Below are positions 10,105 through 19,686 of a DNA stretch of 64,000 nt, in pieces. This DNA is from Candidatus Shapirobacteria bacterium GW2011_GWF2_37_20. GTDB taxonomy: Bacteria; Patescibacteriota; Microgenomatia; UBA12405. The stretch is from NCBI GenBank assembly GCA_000989305.1, contig LBTB01000004.1:12897-76896 (forward strand), written 5' to 3'. Position 1 is the first letter of the stretch, and each line of letters starts with the position of its first letter. The position numbers were made by a program, and so were the translations under genes. The notes under the pieces are model-generated. The model did no database searches. It saw only the letters and a program-made list of their open reading frames with translations, and was not told the origin of the DNA.

Positions 10105-10671
10105 ATGATTTCGAGTTTAAAGGGGATGGTTGATCGAGTATGGGGAAATTATATCGAGGTAGAAGTAGGTGGTGTGGGATATTTGGTATGGGTGGGGAGA
10201 AGAAATTATACTGAGGGACAAGAGGTAAAGATTTTTACTTATATGGCAGTATCAGAAAATGATATGGCTTTGTATGGTTTTGAAAATTTTGAAGATTTGG
10301 ATTTATTTAAAATGCTAATTACAGTGTCGGGGGTGGGGCCAAAATCAGCAGCTCAGATTTTAGAGCAGTGTAAGGGAGTGGAAATAATTAAAGCAATTGG
10401 AGATGCCGATACAAGTTTTTTTGAAAAAATAAAGGGAGTGGGAAAAAAGACGGCTCAAAGAATTATTGTGGATTTAAAATCAAAAATCGGGGGCTTAGGA
10501 GAATTAAATTTAAGAGACGAGTCTCCACTGCTCGAAGATGATGTGGTGTTGAGTTTGAGACAGTTGGGATTTGAGAGAAAAGAAATCGAAAATGTAATTA
10601 ATAAAATGCCCATTGAACTAGAGATTCTTGAAGATAAAGTTAGTTGGTGTTTGCAAAACCTAGGACGATAA
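10105..10671 (+). CDS. ruvA: Holliday junction DNA helicase RuvA
   Basis: GVGYLV, LYGF and GVGPKSA motifs plus a C-terminal domain. An upstream alternative start exists at 10072. Confidence 0.85.
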   Translation: MISSLKGMVDRVWGNYIEVEVGGVGYLVWVGRRNYTEGQEVKIFTYMAVSENDMALYGFENFEDLDLFKMLITVSGVGPKSAAQILEQCKGVEIIKAIGDADTSFFEKIKGVGKKTAQRIIVDLKSKIGGLGELNLRDESPLLEDDVVLSLRQLGFERKEIENVINKMPIELEILEDKVSWCLQNLGR

Positions 10672-11631
10672 ATGACGGATAAGAATTTGGATCCAAAATT
10701 AAAAAGTGAGGACAAGGAAATTGAACTGTCACTCCGCCCCAGAAAACTGGCAGAGTTTATTGGACAAAAGAAGTTAAAAGATCAGTTGGGAGTGTTTATT
10801 AAGGCAGCTAAGGAAAGAGAAGAGGCCTTAGATCATATTTTGTTTTATGGTCCTCCAGGGTTGGGAAAAACAACTTTAGCAATGTTGTTAGCTCTGGAAA
10901 TGGAATCGAATATAAAAATTACTTCTGGGCCTGCTTTGACTAGGGCTGGAGATTTGGCTTCGATTCTGACTTCATTGAAAAAAGGAGATGTTTTGTTTAT
11001 AGATGAGATTCACCGGTTGAATAAAATCGTTGAGGAAACGCTTTATAGCGCCATGGAGGATTATGTTTTGGACATAGTGTTAGGGAAAGGACCGTCAGCC
11101 AGATCTGTGAGACTGAAATTACAGAAATTTACAATTGTCGGAGCGACGACCCGAATTGGATTAATTTCTGGGCCAATGAGAGATCGTTTCGGAATTGTCC
11201 AGCAAATTGATTTTTATGAAGATATTAATTTGGCAGAAATTGTGATGAGGACAGCGAAATTTTTGAAAGTGAGAATTGACAGGGAGGCGGCAGAGGAAAT
11301 TGCCAGGAGGTCTAGAGGGACACCAAGAATTGCCAATAGGCTTTTGAAGAGAGTCAGGGATTACGCTCAGGTGGGTGGTGATTCTTTAATCACTGTCGGG
11401 GAAGCAAAGATGGCATTGGAGAAATTGGGAGTAGATGAGCTAGGTTTATCTGATGCGGATAGGAAGTATTTGGATGTGGTCAAAAAACAATATGGTGGGG
11501 GGCCGGTGGGAGTGGAAAATATTGCAGCAGCATTGACTGAGGATGTGGAGACTATTACGGATGTTTATGAACCGTTTTTGATGAAGAAGGGATTAGTGAA
11601 GAGGACACCGAGGGGAAGGGTAAGTGGGTGA
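10672..11631 (+). CDS. ruvB: Holliday junction DNA helicase RuvB
   Basis: [11 protein letters not shown] Walker A and an AAA+ fold. Signature motifs along 319 aa. Confidence 0.95.
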   Translation: MTDKNLDPKLKSEDKEIELSLRPRKLAEFIGQKKLKDQLGVFIKAAKEREEALDHILFYGPPGLGKTTLAMLLALEMESNIKITSGPALTRAGDLASILTSLKKGDVLFIDEIHRLNKIVEETLYSAMEDYVLDIVLGKGPSARSVRLKLQKFTIVGATTRIGLISGPMRDRFGIVQQIDFYEDINLAEIVMRTAKFLKVRIDREAAEEIARRSRGTPRIANRLLKRVRDYAQVGGDSLITVGEAKMALEKLGVDELGLSDADRKYLDVVKKQYGGGPVGVENIAAALTEDVETITDVYEPFLMKKGLVKRTPRGRVSG

Positions 11632-11636
11632 TATAA

Positions 11637-11954
11637 TTGGGCATGCCTGGAAAAATTACCACAGTTGAGGGGATAAGTGTTAGTGTTGACCTTTCAAAAA
11701 TTTGTGAAAATTGTGGTGCTTATAGAGGTGAACTGGAAATAGTGGCAAGAAGGTTGTTTCCGAATAATCATATGGGAAGTGGGGTGGCTGTAATAGAGTG
11801 TTTACCTGGTGGAGACGAAGAAGGTAGAACACGGAGATTAAATATCAAAGGATCCATTGATGGAAAATATTTTGAATCAATGAATGATTTAAAAGATTGG
11901 AGTGTGAGGCTGGTTCATTGTGGTCAGAAACCAAAAAAGGCAGCTAGAAGTTAA
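11637..11954 (+). CDS. Hypothetical protein
   Basis: ORF only. Cys pairs CENCG...HCG. No recognisable family. Confidence 0.4.
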   Translation: MGMPGKITTVEGISVSVDLSKICENCGAYRGELEIVARRLFPNNHMGSGVAVIECLPGGDEEGRTRRLNIKGSIDGKYFESMNDLKDWSVRLVHCGQKPKKAARS

Positions 11955-11988
11955 TCTAACCGCCTTTAAGGCAAAGTAGGAGGGAATA

Positions 11989-12246
11989 TTATTCCGCTTG
12001 GATACCAAGTAGCCAGAGAACAGCTTCCTTGCGGTAGCGACGATCACCGCGAGCATTGATGCGGATGGCGGGAAGTTTACCCCGTTTACCCCAACGCTTT
12101 ATCGTGAGTTTAGAAACACGTAGCAAATCGGCGACTTCGGCAACCGTTAAAAGGTCGGGAAGATTGTCGATACTGATACCATTAACTTTTTTTGGGGGGG
12201 ATTTTTGATTCACAAGCTTATCTTGTGTTAGGTTTTGATCATCCAT
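11989..12246 (-). CDS. Excisionase-family helix-turn-helix DNA-binding protein
   Basis: LLTVAEVADLLRVSKLTIKRW...G.LPAIRI..RGDRRY matches the excisionase/MerR-type HTH pattern. Local GC is clearly above the flanking genes. Confidence 0.7.
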   Translation of the reverse strand: MDDQNLTQDKLVNQKSPPKKVNGISIDNLPDLLTVAEVADLLRVSKLTIKRWGKRGKLPAIRINARGDRRYRKEAVLWLLGIQAE

Positions 12247-12362
12247 TTTGTGGCTCCTCGTGTATCAAAAGAACATTTAACTATAATCATTAAAACACAA
12301 AGCATATAAGTAGGTCAAGATATCAAAAAAAGAAAAATGAAAAAATGTTGTAAAATAAATAA

Positions 12363-13358
12363 ATGATCGACAACAAAATTGCCTTTTTTGGGGTGAAAAG
12401 TTGGGAGAGACCAATTATTGAAAGGGAAATAATTAATTTAGACGTTTTCGGGGTGGGAATTTTCGAAGAAGAGTTGCAGGATAATTTAGAATTAGCGAAA
12501 CAGTACGATATTGTTTCGATTTTTATCTATTCGAAAGCAGATAAAGAGGTTTTAGACAAGTTACCGAATTTGAAGATGATTGCAACCCGATCAACTGGTG
12601 TTGATCATATAGATATTGATGAGTGTAAGAAAAGAAAAGTTGTAGTCGCAAATGTGCCGGTATATGGATCTAACACAGTGGCGGAATATGCTTTTGCCTT
12701 AATTCTGGCGGTAGCAAAGAAGGTAGTGGAAGCACATCAAGCAGTAGAGGAAGATGAGTTTAGTCCGGAGGGATTGACAGGAATTGATCTTTTCGGAAAA
12801 ACATTGGGAATTGTGGGATTGGGAAAAATCGGGGCTAATGTGGCTAAGATGGCCAGAGGTTTTGGAATGAAAGTTGTGGCGGTGGAGAAAAATCCGGATT
12901 TAAAAATAGTTAAAAAATATAAAGTGAAGCTGGTTGACCTGGAAACCCTATTGAAGGAGTCGGATGTGGTGACGCTTCATGTTCCAGCCTCAAAGGAGAC
13001 TTATCATTTAATTAATCGAAGTAATATCAAGCTGTTGAAGGAGGGAAGTATTTTAGTAAACACCTCCCGGGGAGCAGTGGTGGAAAGTGAATCGATGATT
13101 TGGGCTTTAAATAAGGGAATATTAAGGGGAGTTGGGTTGGATGTAGTAGAAGAAGAGGATAAGGTTGAAAGCATGTCCTTGGTGATGAGCCAAAGACCAA
13201 CCAAGGAAGATTTGCAAAATGTATTGAGTTATCACATGTTGAGGGATAGGGAAGACGTAGTGTTTACGCCACACAATGCTTTTAACACAGAAGAAGCAAT
13301 TGAAAGAATAATAAAAACAACGATTGAGAATATAAAAGAATTTTGTAAAAAAAATTAG
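12363..13358 (+). CDS. D-isomer-specific 2-hydroxyacid dehydrogenase (NAD-binding)
   Basis: GLGKIGANVAKMARGFGMKV Rossmann motif, plus catalytic-domain and NAD-domain architecture. Confidence 0.8.
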   Translation: MIDNKIAFFGVKSWERPIIEREIINLDVFGVGIFEEELQDNLELAKQYDIVSIFIYSKADKEVLDKLPNLKMIATRSTGVDHIDIDECKKRKVVVANVPVYGSNTVAEYAFALILAVAKKVVEAHQAVEEDEFSPEGLTGIDLFGKTLGIVGLGKIGANVAKMARGFGMKVVAVEKNPDLKIVKKYKVKLVDLETLLKESDVVTLHVPASKETYHLINRSNIKLLKEGSILVNTSRGAVVESESMIWALNKGILRGVGLDVVEEEDKVESMSLVMSQRPTKEDLQNVLSYHMLRDREDVVFTPHNAFNTEEAIERIIKTTIENIKEFCKKN

Positions 13359-13370
13359 TTATAATCTGTT

Positions 13371-14423
13371 ATGAAAGCAGTAATAATATGCGGTGGGGTG
13401 GGTAGTAAAATGTGGCCGGAAAGCCGCGCCAGTTCACCAAAACAGTTTTTACCACTCATCGGCGAGAAATCACTATTCCAATTGAACTGGGAGGCGCTAA
13501 GACTGAAATTTTCCCCGGAAGAAATATTTTTGCAGACAAATGCGGTTCAGGCAGAAATTGCTAAGAAGCAAGTTTCGGAAATTTTGCCCGACAATGTTTT
13601 TATTGAACCGGAAATGAGAAATCAAGGGCCGGCGACCGGATTTGCAGCAGCATCTCTGATGAAAAAAGGTTTTGGAGATGAGGCGTTTATGCTGGTACAA
13701 GCAGATGTGATGAGAAAACCGGAAGAAAAATTTATAGAAATGTTGGAAGTGATGGGGACTTTAGCAGAATCAACAGAAAATTACATAACGGGTGGGATTG
13801 CTCCGGAAAATATTGTTAGAGGGGTTGATTATTTAGTAAAAGGAGAGTTGGTAAAAGAGGAAAAAGGAGTTAAGGTGTATCGGGTGGCGGATTATATTGA
13901 CAGAGCAGAGGAAGAGAAAATTAAACAGTATTTAGGTTCAGATAAGCTGTTAATTCACGCTAATCACACGACAATGACACCAAATAATTTAATGGAAATG
14001 TATAAAAAATACAGGATGGATTGGTATGAACCCCTGATGAGTATTGTTAATGGAGGAGATGTTCCAACTGAATATGCCAAGATGCCAAAGGCGGGAATCG
14101 AAGAGGTAACAAAACAAGTTTATACAAAAGGGGAGGCGCTGGTGGCCGAATTACCTTTTGAGTGGATTGATTTTGGGACTTGGGAGAGCCTGTCGAAGTA
14201 TCTGGTATCTAAAAATTTGTATTCTTCTGATAGTAAAACAATAGAGTTAGATAGTACTAATAATTTTGTGAGGGCAAACAAGACGGTGGCATTAATTGGA
14301 GTCAATGATTTGATAGTTATTGATAAAAACGATGCTCTTTTGATTTGTAAAAAGGAGATGACGGGGAAGGTGGGAGAGGTGGTAGATAAATTGAAAGCGG
14401 AAAATAAAGTGGAATTGTTGTAA
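13371..14423 (+). CDS. Sugar-phosphate nucleotidyltransferase (mannose-1-phosphate guanylyltransferase-like)
   Basis: N-terminal MKAVIICGGVGSKMWP nucleotidyltransferase motif. Length 350 aa. Confidence 0.7.
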   Translation: MKAVIICGGVGSKMWPESRASSPKQFLPLIGEKSLFQLNWEALRLKFSPEEIFLQTNAVQAEIAKKQVSEILPDNVFIEPEMRNQGPATGFAAASLMKKGFGDEAFMLVQADVMRKPEEKFIEMLEVMGTLAESTENYITGGIAPENIVRGVDYLVKGELVKEEKGVKVYRVADYIDRAEEEKIKQYLGSDKLLIHANHTTMTPNNLMEMYKKYRMDWYEPLMSIVNGGDVPTEYAKMPKAGIEEVTKQVYTKGEALVAELPFEWIDFGTWESLSKYLVSKNLYSSDSKTIELDSTNNFVRANKTVALIGVNDLIVIDKNDALLICKKEMTGKVGEVVDKLKAENKVELL

Positions 14424-14427
14424 AAAT

Positions 14428-14850
14428 ATGACAGACGAGAAGCTGGTAAAATTTAATCGTACTGGTGAGAATATTCCGGTAACTTTTATTGAAACAGCCG
14501 AAGTAACAAAGGGTGTCAGATGTGATGTTTATCGGTTTCTAGAGGATGAGACAAGAGATTTGGGAGTAATTTATGTTGAGCCAGGATGTAAAACGCCGTT
14601 GCAAAAAGTATTGGAAGGTGAAAAAACAATTGAGGGTTTTTATATGGGTAGAGGTATTTTGACGATTATAAAAATTAATGGAGAAAAAGAGACTTACGAA
14701 GTTGATGACAAATCGGGAAAAGACTTTTTTCAAGAAGTAAGGGTTGGGGAGACAATGCAGTGGGAGGCGACACCAGACTCAATTCTGATTGCCTATGAGG
14801 TGTGTTATCCACCATATAAGCCCGGAAGATATGAGGATTTAGTTGAATAG
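14428..14850 (+). CDS. Cupin-like small protein (possibly the separate PMI-type cupin partner of the upstream nucleotidyltransferase)
   Basis: Size and position fit; the family is bifunctional in other organisms. Weak motif support. Confidence 0.4.
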   Translation: MTDEKLVKFNRTGENIPVTFIETAEVTKGVRCDVYRFLEDETRDLGVIYVEPGCKTPLQKVLEGEKTIEGFYMGRGILTIIKINGEKETYEVDDKSGKDFFQEVRVGETMQWEATPDSILIAYEVCYPPYKPGRYEDLVE

Positions 14851-14900
14851 CCTAGATTATAAGTGCAAAATTTGATCGATTTTGTATCAATAAATACTAA

Positions 14901-14930
14901 TTGACAGACATTGAGAGGGGCGAGTACAAT
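14901..14930 (+). promoter_or_regulatory. Sigma70-like promoter TTGACA-18-TACAAT
   Basis: Perfect -35 hexamer and a near-consensus -10. Same extended motif TTGACAGACA as the promoter at 23453. Confidence 0.5.
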
Positions 14931-15055
14931 CGGGGCGATTATAAATTATCAGTCAAATCATATAACTGCTAAAATCTGCTCAGCAAGCAATATGAAATTA
15001 TTATAAATTATTATTCTGTCCACATGGATATTTTCAAAGCAGGTGGAACACAATT

Positions 15056-15385
15056 ATGTCAAATTGGTCTGAATTTAAAACGTATACAGATTTAAGTCTT
15101 ATTTTTATCTTAAATAGTATTGTAGGGGTATATCTGATTACATCAGGAGGAAAAGTTATTTATGTTGGAAAAGCCGATTACAGTCTCAAAAATAGATTGT
15201 CAGATCATTTAAAATTTTCAACAGAAAGTAATAAGGTGCTTGTTAATTATCTTATGGCTGGTGGGTGTAGATTTTCCTTATTAGAGGTTCCGCAAAAGAT
15301 TGATAGAGATAGAATCGAAAAGGAATTAATACAATTATATAGTCCTGTTTGCAATAAACAGAATAATCCATTTCCAGTTCGATAA
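15056..15385 (+). CDS. GIY-YIG nuclease-domain protein (single domain, 109 aa)
   Basis: GVYLITSGGKVIYVGKA ... RLSDHL matches the GIY-(10/11)-YIG...R...H pattern. Confidence 0.7.
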   Translation: MSNWSEFKTYTDLSLIFILNSIVGVYLITSGGKVIYVGKADYSLKNRLSDHLKFSTESNKVLVNYLMAGGCRFSLLEVPQKIDRDRIEKELIQLYSPVCNKQNNPFPVR

Positions 15386-15386
15386 C

Positions 15387-15415
15387 AAAAACCCCCTCGG
15401 AAGAGGGGGTTTAAA
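15387..15415. terminator. Bidirectional intrinsic terminator
   Basis: Hairpin CCCCCTC-GGAA-GAGGGGG flanked by A-run and T-run. Sits between the convergent GIY-YIG gene and rplL. Confidence 0.75.
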
Positions 15416-15431
15416 GTTTAAAATAAAAGAA

Positions 15432-15784
15432 TTATTTTAATTCAACGGTTGCACCAGCGGCTTCGAGTTTAGTCTTAGCTTCGGCAGCAGCGTCTTTTTT
15501 CATAGTGCTTTAGCTTCTTTCAAACCCAATTCTGGTTTGAATTCACGGACAGCTTTGATGACGGCGATTTTATTGGTGCCGGCGTTGGTAACGATGACAT
15601 CAAATTCGCTTTTTTCTTCAACAGCAGCAGCGGCAGGAGCACCGGCGGCAGCAGCGGCAGGAGCGGCGGACATGGCAACAGCTTTAACATCGAACTTTTC
15701 TTCTAGAGCTTTGACCAATTCGGAGAGTTCAAGCACCGAAAGTTGAGAGATTTGGTCGAGGATGGTTTCTAATTTTTTATCCAT
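15432..15784 (-). CDS. rplL: Ribosomal protein L7/L12, C-terminus interrupted by a frame discontinuity
   Basis: Main ORF 15500-15784 encodes NTD, Ala/Pro hinge and CTD up to GLKEAKAL, then hits TGA. The conserved end [22 protein letters not shown] is in another frame (15432-15503). About 13 aa of the CTD appear absent. Confidence 0.8.
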
Positions 15785-15822
15785 TTTTTTATTTAAATTT
15801 GTAAAAATTTATATATAAACTA

Positions 15823-16341
15823 TTAATTGGTCGCTTGTTTATCAGCCAGAGCTTTTAGGGTTAAAACTAATTGCTGTTGATTGAAACGCATGGCGTAAAC
15901 CAAACGTTGCAGAGGATTTTTAAGTCCCCCAATAAATTGAGCGATAAGAGTAGATTTGGAAGGCAGAGATAAAAACTTCTTTAATTCATCCAAAGAAAGT
16001 AGCTTTTTGTCATAAATTCCGAACTTAAAACTGGTTTTTTCCTTGTCTTTATTGACAGTGTCAATTTCTTTTAAGGGGGCGATTTCATCGGTATCACAAT
16101 AAACAACGGCGGTGGGGCCGGTTAGAGTTTCGGGCAAGTCGAGTTCCATTTTATTAAGGGCACGGGTGATGAGGGTATTTTTGATAACCTCAATAGAGCC
16201 ACCAGCATCTTTGACTTTGGCACGGAGAGTACCAGCATCACCAGCAGTGAGACCCTGGTATTGAATAAAAGCAGCAGATTTGGCTTCAGAGAGTCTTTTA
16301 ACGACTTCGTCAACTTTTTCAATTTTTTGTATTTTTGCCAT
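15823..16341 (-). CDS. rplJ: Ribosomal protein L10
   Basis: MAKIQKIEKVDEVV...GLTAGDAGTLR typical of L10. Start trimmed from the track ORF to the MAKIQ Met. Confidence 0.85.
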   Translation of the reverse strand: MAKIQKIEKVDEVVKRLSEAKSAAFIQYQGLTAGDAGTLRAKVKDAGGSIEVIKNTLITRALNKMELDLPETLTGPTAVVYCDTDEIAPLKEIDTVNKDKEKTSFKFGIYDKKLLSLDELKKFLSLPSKSTLIAQFIGGLKNPLQRLVYAMRFNQQQLVLTLKALADKQATN

Positions 16342-16450
16342 ATTTTTTGAATAAAAAATGCCTCGAAGACGAGGCACAATTAGAAAATCTAGCTGTTTCC
16401 TCGGCGGGACTTATTTGAGTGCCGGCTGTCTTCGGGATTACAGAGAGGAT
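16342..16450 (-). promoter_or_regulatory. Putative rplJ leader with a hairpin directly abutting the start codon
   Basis: GCCTCG-TCTT-CGAGGC hairpin followed by TTTTTTATT, 12 nt before the ATG. Resembles an L10(L12)4 autoregulatory leader or attenuator. Confidence 0.35.
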
Positions 16451-16585
16451 TATACACTAATTTAAGTGGTTGGCAAAGAGGGGAATGAGGGTTACACTTT
16501 GGGCATTGTATATTAAAGGTTATTTATATTTCTAATTACAGAAAAATTTCTGAAATGGGAAATATCGGTAACAAAAGGAGGAAAT

Positions 16586-16903
16586 ATGGCTAGGGAAGAG
16601 GTGGTTAGAGTTATCAAAGGTTTTTCTGGTAGTGTTGGCGAAAATGGTAAATGGAGAGGTAGTGGATTGGTGGCACCTTTAATTACCCGAGTGTATCTTG
16701 GGGCACCCGCTATTTTACTGAATTTAGATGAAGAAGAGTGTAAAAAAATGATTATTAGAGGAATAAGGCAGCTAACGGGGGTAGTTATACCAGAGAAGTA
16801 TGATCCGATTTTTTGGAATTCAGAAAAGGGAAAGGTGGTGGCGGAAAAATTAAATAGGAGATTGCCACAATTGCCCGAGGGAAGAAAAGTTGATCGGGCC
16901 TGA
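16586..16903 (+). CDS. Hypothetical protein
   Basis: ORF only. Confidence 0.4.
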   Translation: MAREEVVRVIKGFSGSVGENGKWRGSGLVAPLITRVYLGAPAILLNLDEEECKKMIIRGIRQLTGVVIPEKYDPIFWNSEKGKVVAEKLNRRLPQLPEGRKVDRA

Positions 16904-17039
16904 CAGGACTAAGAATGAGAAAATATTGGTGGGTACTTATATATTGCCGTTATTTGAGGTAGGATGGCTGTTTTGGTGATATAATCCTATGTCCTAAAAC
17001 CTTTTAGCGTTGACTGTAGAGGTTTAGGTAATATAAAAG

Positions 17040-17885
17040 TTGAGAAAACAACAAATGGTTACAAAAACATTGAAAAAGGCTGTTGAGGGCAGAGATGTAT
17101 TGGGTTTACGCTACGATAATAGTAAATATTGGAAGAAATATTATTCGGCAAAAGCTAATAATAGAGATTTTACTCGCGAGCACGAGTATGCGGTATTTTT
17201 GCAAGGGCTAATTAGTAAAAAAGCAAAGGTGCTTGATGTGGCGACCGGATATGGTTTTTTGCCAGTGGAAATGGCGAAACTGGGATTTAGTGTTGATTGT
17301 GTTGATAAGTATAAGGAAATGATTGAAGTGGCCAATAAATATATCTTGAAAAATAAGTTACAGCTCAAAATTTATAAGGCAGATGCGACTAAACTACCAA
17401 TGAGTGACAGGTCATATGATTTGGTAATGGCTCAATCAATTCTCGAGCATTTTTGTTTTGAGGAAATGACAAATAAACTGATTCCAGAGATCAAAAGGGT
17501 TACGAAGAATAAAGGTTTAATTTTAGTTCATGTTCCAATTAAGAGTGGGGTATGTGTGTTAAAAAAGTATTTCCGAAAATTCATTAAGAATGATTTGCCT
17601 AAGTGGGCAATCGATGATGACGGAGACGTTACACATAAAGTTTGGATGAGTGCGCCTGAATATATTAGTGAGCTTTCGAAGCAGGACGTAAACGTGGAAT
17701 TCATAAGATTTAATTTTATTAGAAGCAATGAAACTATTTCGTGGATGAGGGTTTTAAACAGAATATTCGTAATGTTTGGTATGAATAAATTTCACAAAAA
17801 AGAGAGTGTCTCTAGTTTTAAACTAAAGATATTGTCTTTTTTGGGGACGTCTGTTGTTTTGGTTTGTCGAAATAATAGTATATAA
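17040..17885 (+). CDS. Class I SAM-dependent methyltransferase
   Basis: VLDVATGYGF motif I and DLVMAQSILEHF post-II motif. Confidence 0.75.
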   Translation: MRKQQMVTKTLKKAVEGRDVLGLRYDNSKYWKKYYSAKANNRDFTREHEYAVFLQGLISKKAKVLDVATGYGFLPVEMAKLGFSVDCVDKYKEMIEVANKYILKNKLQLKIYKADATKLPMSDRSYDLVMAQSILEHFCFEEMTNKLIPEIKRVTKNKGLILVHVPIKSGVCVLKKYFRKFIKNDLPKWAIDDDGDVTHKVWMSAPEYISELSKQDVNVEFIRFNFIRSNETISWMRVLNRIFVMFGMNKFHKKESVSSFKLKILSFLGTSVVLVCRNNSI

Positions 17886-17892
17886 TCCGAGC

Positions 17893-18468
17893 ATGAAAGT
17901 TTTTTTTGTTGCATCTCCAAGGTCGGCAAACAAAGAACCGGGTTTATTTATAAAAATAAATAGTCTTTTGGGTAAAGAAGCAACACTTTTGGGAGATATG
18001 GTGCCGACATGGACTAAGGGAAATGTTTCAAATTTTTATAATGGGACCCACAAGGAAAGGGTGGATCATTTTAAAAAAACGGTGGAATATGTGAAAAAAG
18101 CCGATGCTGTTTTTGTTGAGTTATCGGAACACAGCATGTCGATGGGTTACATCGTGAATAAGGCTTTGGAAAACAGTAAGCCGGTGGTGGCCTTGTATAA
18201 AAAAGGTTTTGAACCATATTTTTTTAGTGGAATTGAAGATTCGAGGTTGTTGATTGTTGAATATACTGAAGAAAATATTGAAGAGACAATTCGGGAAGCT
18301 TTGAATAAAATAAAAGATTACAGTGACGTACGGTTTAATTTTTTTGTGTCACCAAAAATATTGAATTATTTAGATTGGATAGCCCAAAAGAGAATGATTC
18401 CCCGAAGTGTATTTTTGAGAAATTTAATTGAGAGAGAAATAAAAAAGGACAAAGAGTTTAAGGAGTAA
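17893..18468 (+). CDS. Hypothetical protein (Rossmann-like, possible C-terminal ribbon-helix-helix)
   Basis: ORF. Start trimmed to MKVFFVASPR. No confident family. Confidence 0.4.
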   Translation: MKVFFVASPRSANKEPGLFIKINSLLGKEATLLGDMVPTWTKGNVSNFYNGTHKERVDHFKKTVEYVKKADAVFVELSEHSMSMGYIVNKALENSKPVVALYKKGFEPYFFSGIEDSRLLIVEYTEENIEETIREALNKIKDYSDVRFNFFVSPKILNYLDWIAQKRMIPRSVFLRNLIEREIKKDKEFKE

Positions 18469-19663
18469 GGAGGTGTTGGTGTTCGGAGTGGAATTTGGTT
18501 TTAAGTTTTAGCCAGTAGGGTGATTGGCGACAAAGTTTTTTTGAATGGAGAGGGTTTTTGAGAAGCACCTTGATCAATTCTTCGAGAAAAATGGTATTTT
18601 GAGAACCCTTGATTAGGATGGTGGCGTTTTGAGGAAGATTATTTTTTAAGTAGTCGGCGGCTTGCCACCAATACATAAATTTTTTTGCTTTAGAACCAAA
18701 ATAACGACTGGTTTCAGGACCAACGCCAATAATTTGGTCGGCACTGTTGAGAGCAGTTTTATAGAGATTTTGATGAGACAGCTCTGAAGCGGCACCAAGT
18801 TCACGCATGTCACCCAAGACAACGATTCTGGGAGATTTAAAAGAGGCAAGAAAATTTAACATTTCAGTAGTGGCTAGGGGCGAAGAGTTGTAAGAACTAT
18901 CGATAATGCTTGAGTCATTGATGCCTTTTAAGATTGAAGAACGTCCCGGGGGAAGGTGGAAGTTGTTTTTTAGATTATTAATGGCGGTAGACGAGTCTAG
19001 CTTGAGAAGTTTGGCGACGGCAAGAGAAGCACCCAGTGAAATATCATAGATACCAGGGAGGAAGAAATTGGGAATGTCGATTTTAGTTGGTTTAATAGAG
19101 ACGATTTTTTTGTTTTTAGTGTACTTCTTAACAAAAAGATCAGAAGAATTGATGATGGCAGTGGTGGCAGAATTGGCCAGCTTAGCCTTTTCTTGAGCGA
19201 TCTCGTCAAGTGAAGAAAAATTTTCTAAATGGACTGGAGTGACATTGAGGAATATTCCGATATCTGGCTTGACGATAGATAATAGATAGGACATGTTTTT
19301 GGGGGATTTAGAGCTATCGATTCCCATTTCTAGGAGATAAATGTCGTAGGTTTTCCAGTTGGTGAGGAGTTTGAAGGGGGTAAGGAGGGCGATTGTTAGC
19401 CAAGATAAAAGAGAAAAATCCGGGTTCTTAAAACCAAGAATGTTGAGAGGAATACCGGATTCGGAATTGCTACCGTAATTGGTTTTAACTTTGAAATTTG
19501 GTTTTAGGGCGGCTTCGGTGGCCAAAAGAGTTGAGGTTTTGCCGGCGGAGCCGGTGATGCCGACGATAATTAGTTTTGGATTAAGTAATTTTACTTTGGC
19601 GAGCTGGAGACGAGCAAAGAAGCGAAGATAGTAGAGAAAAAGGAGGCTAAAATTTTTTTTCAC
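18458..19663 (-). CDS. Mur ligase family protein (MurF-like)
   Basis: IVGITGSAGKTST P-loop of Mur ligases. Divergent from ddl. Confidence 0.75.
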   Translation of the reverse strand: MKKNFSLLFLYYLRFFARLQLAKVKLLNPKLIIVGITGSAGKTSTLLATEAALKPNFKVKTNYGSNSESGIPLNILGFKNPDFSLLSWLTIALLTPFKLLTNWKTYDIYLLEMGIDSSKSPKNMSYLLSIVKPDIGIFLNVTPVHLENFSSLDEIAQEKAKLANSATTAIINSSDLFVKKYTKNKKIVSIKPTKIDIPNFFLPGIYDISLGASLAVAKLLKLDSSTAINNLKNNFHLPPGRSSILKGINDSSIIDSSYNSSPLATTEMLNFLASFKSPRIVVLGDMRELGAASELSHQNLYKTALNSADQIIGVGPETSRYFGSKAKKFMYWWQAADYLKNNLPQNATILIKGSQNTIFLEELIKVLLKNPLHSKKLCRQSPYWLKLKTKFHSEHQHLLTP

Positions 19664-19686
19664 TTAGCTATTATATAATGTAACTA

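Noticed and set aside
11637-12362. Integrated prophage or genomic island anchored on the excisionase-like gene
   Set aside because: There is no integrase, recombinase or phage structural gene in the window. No obvious flanking direct repeats. It is only a compositional anomaly.
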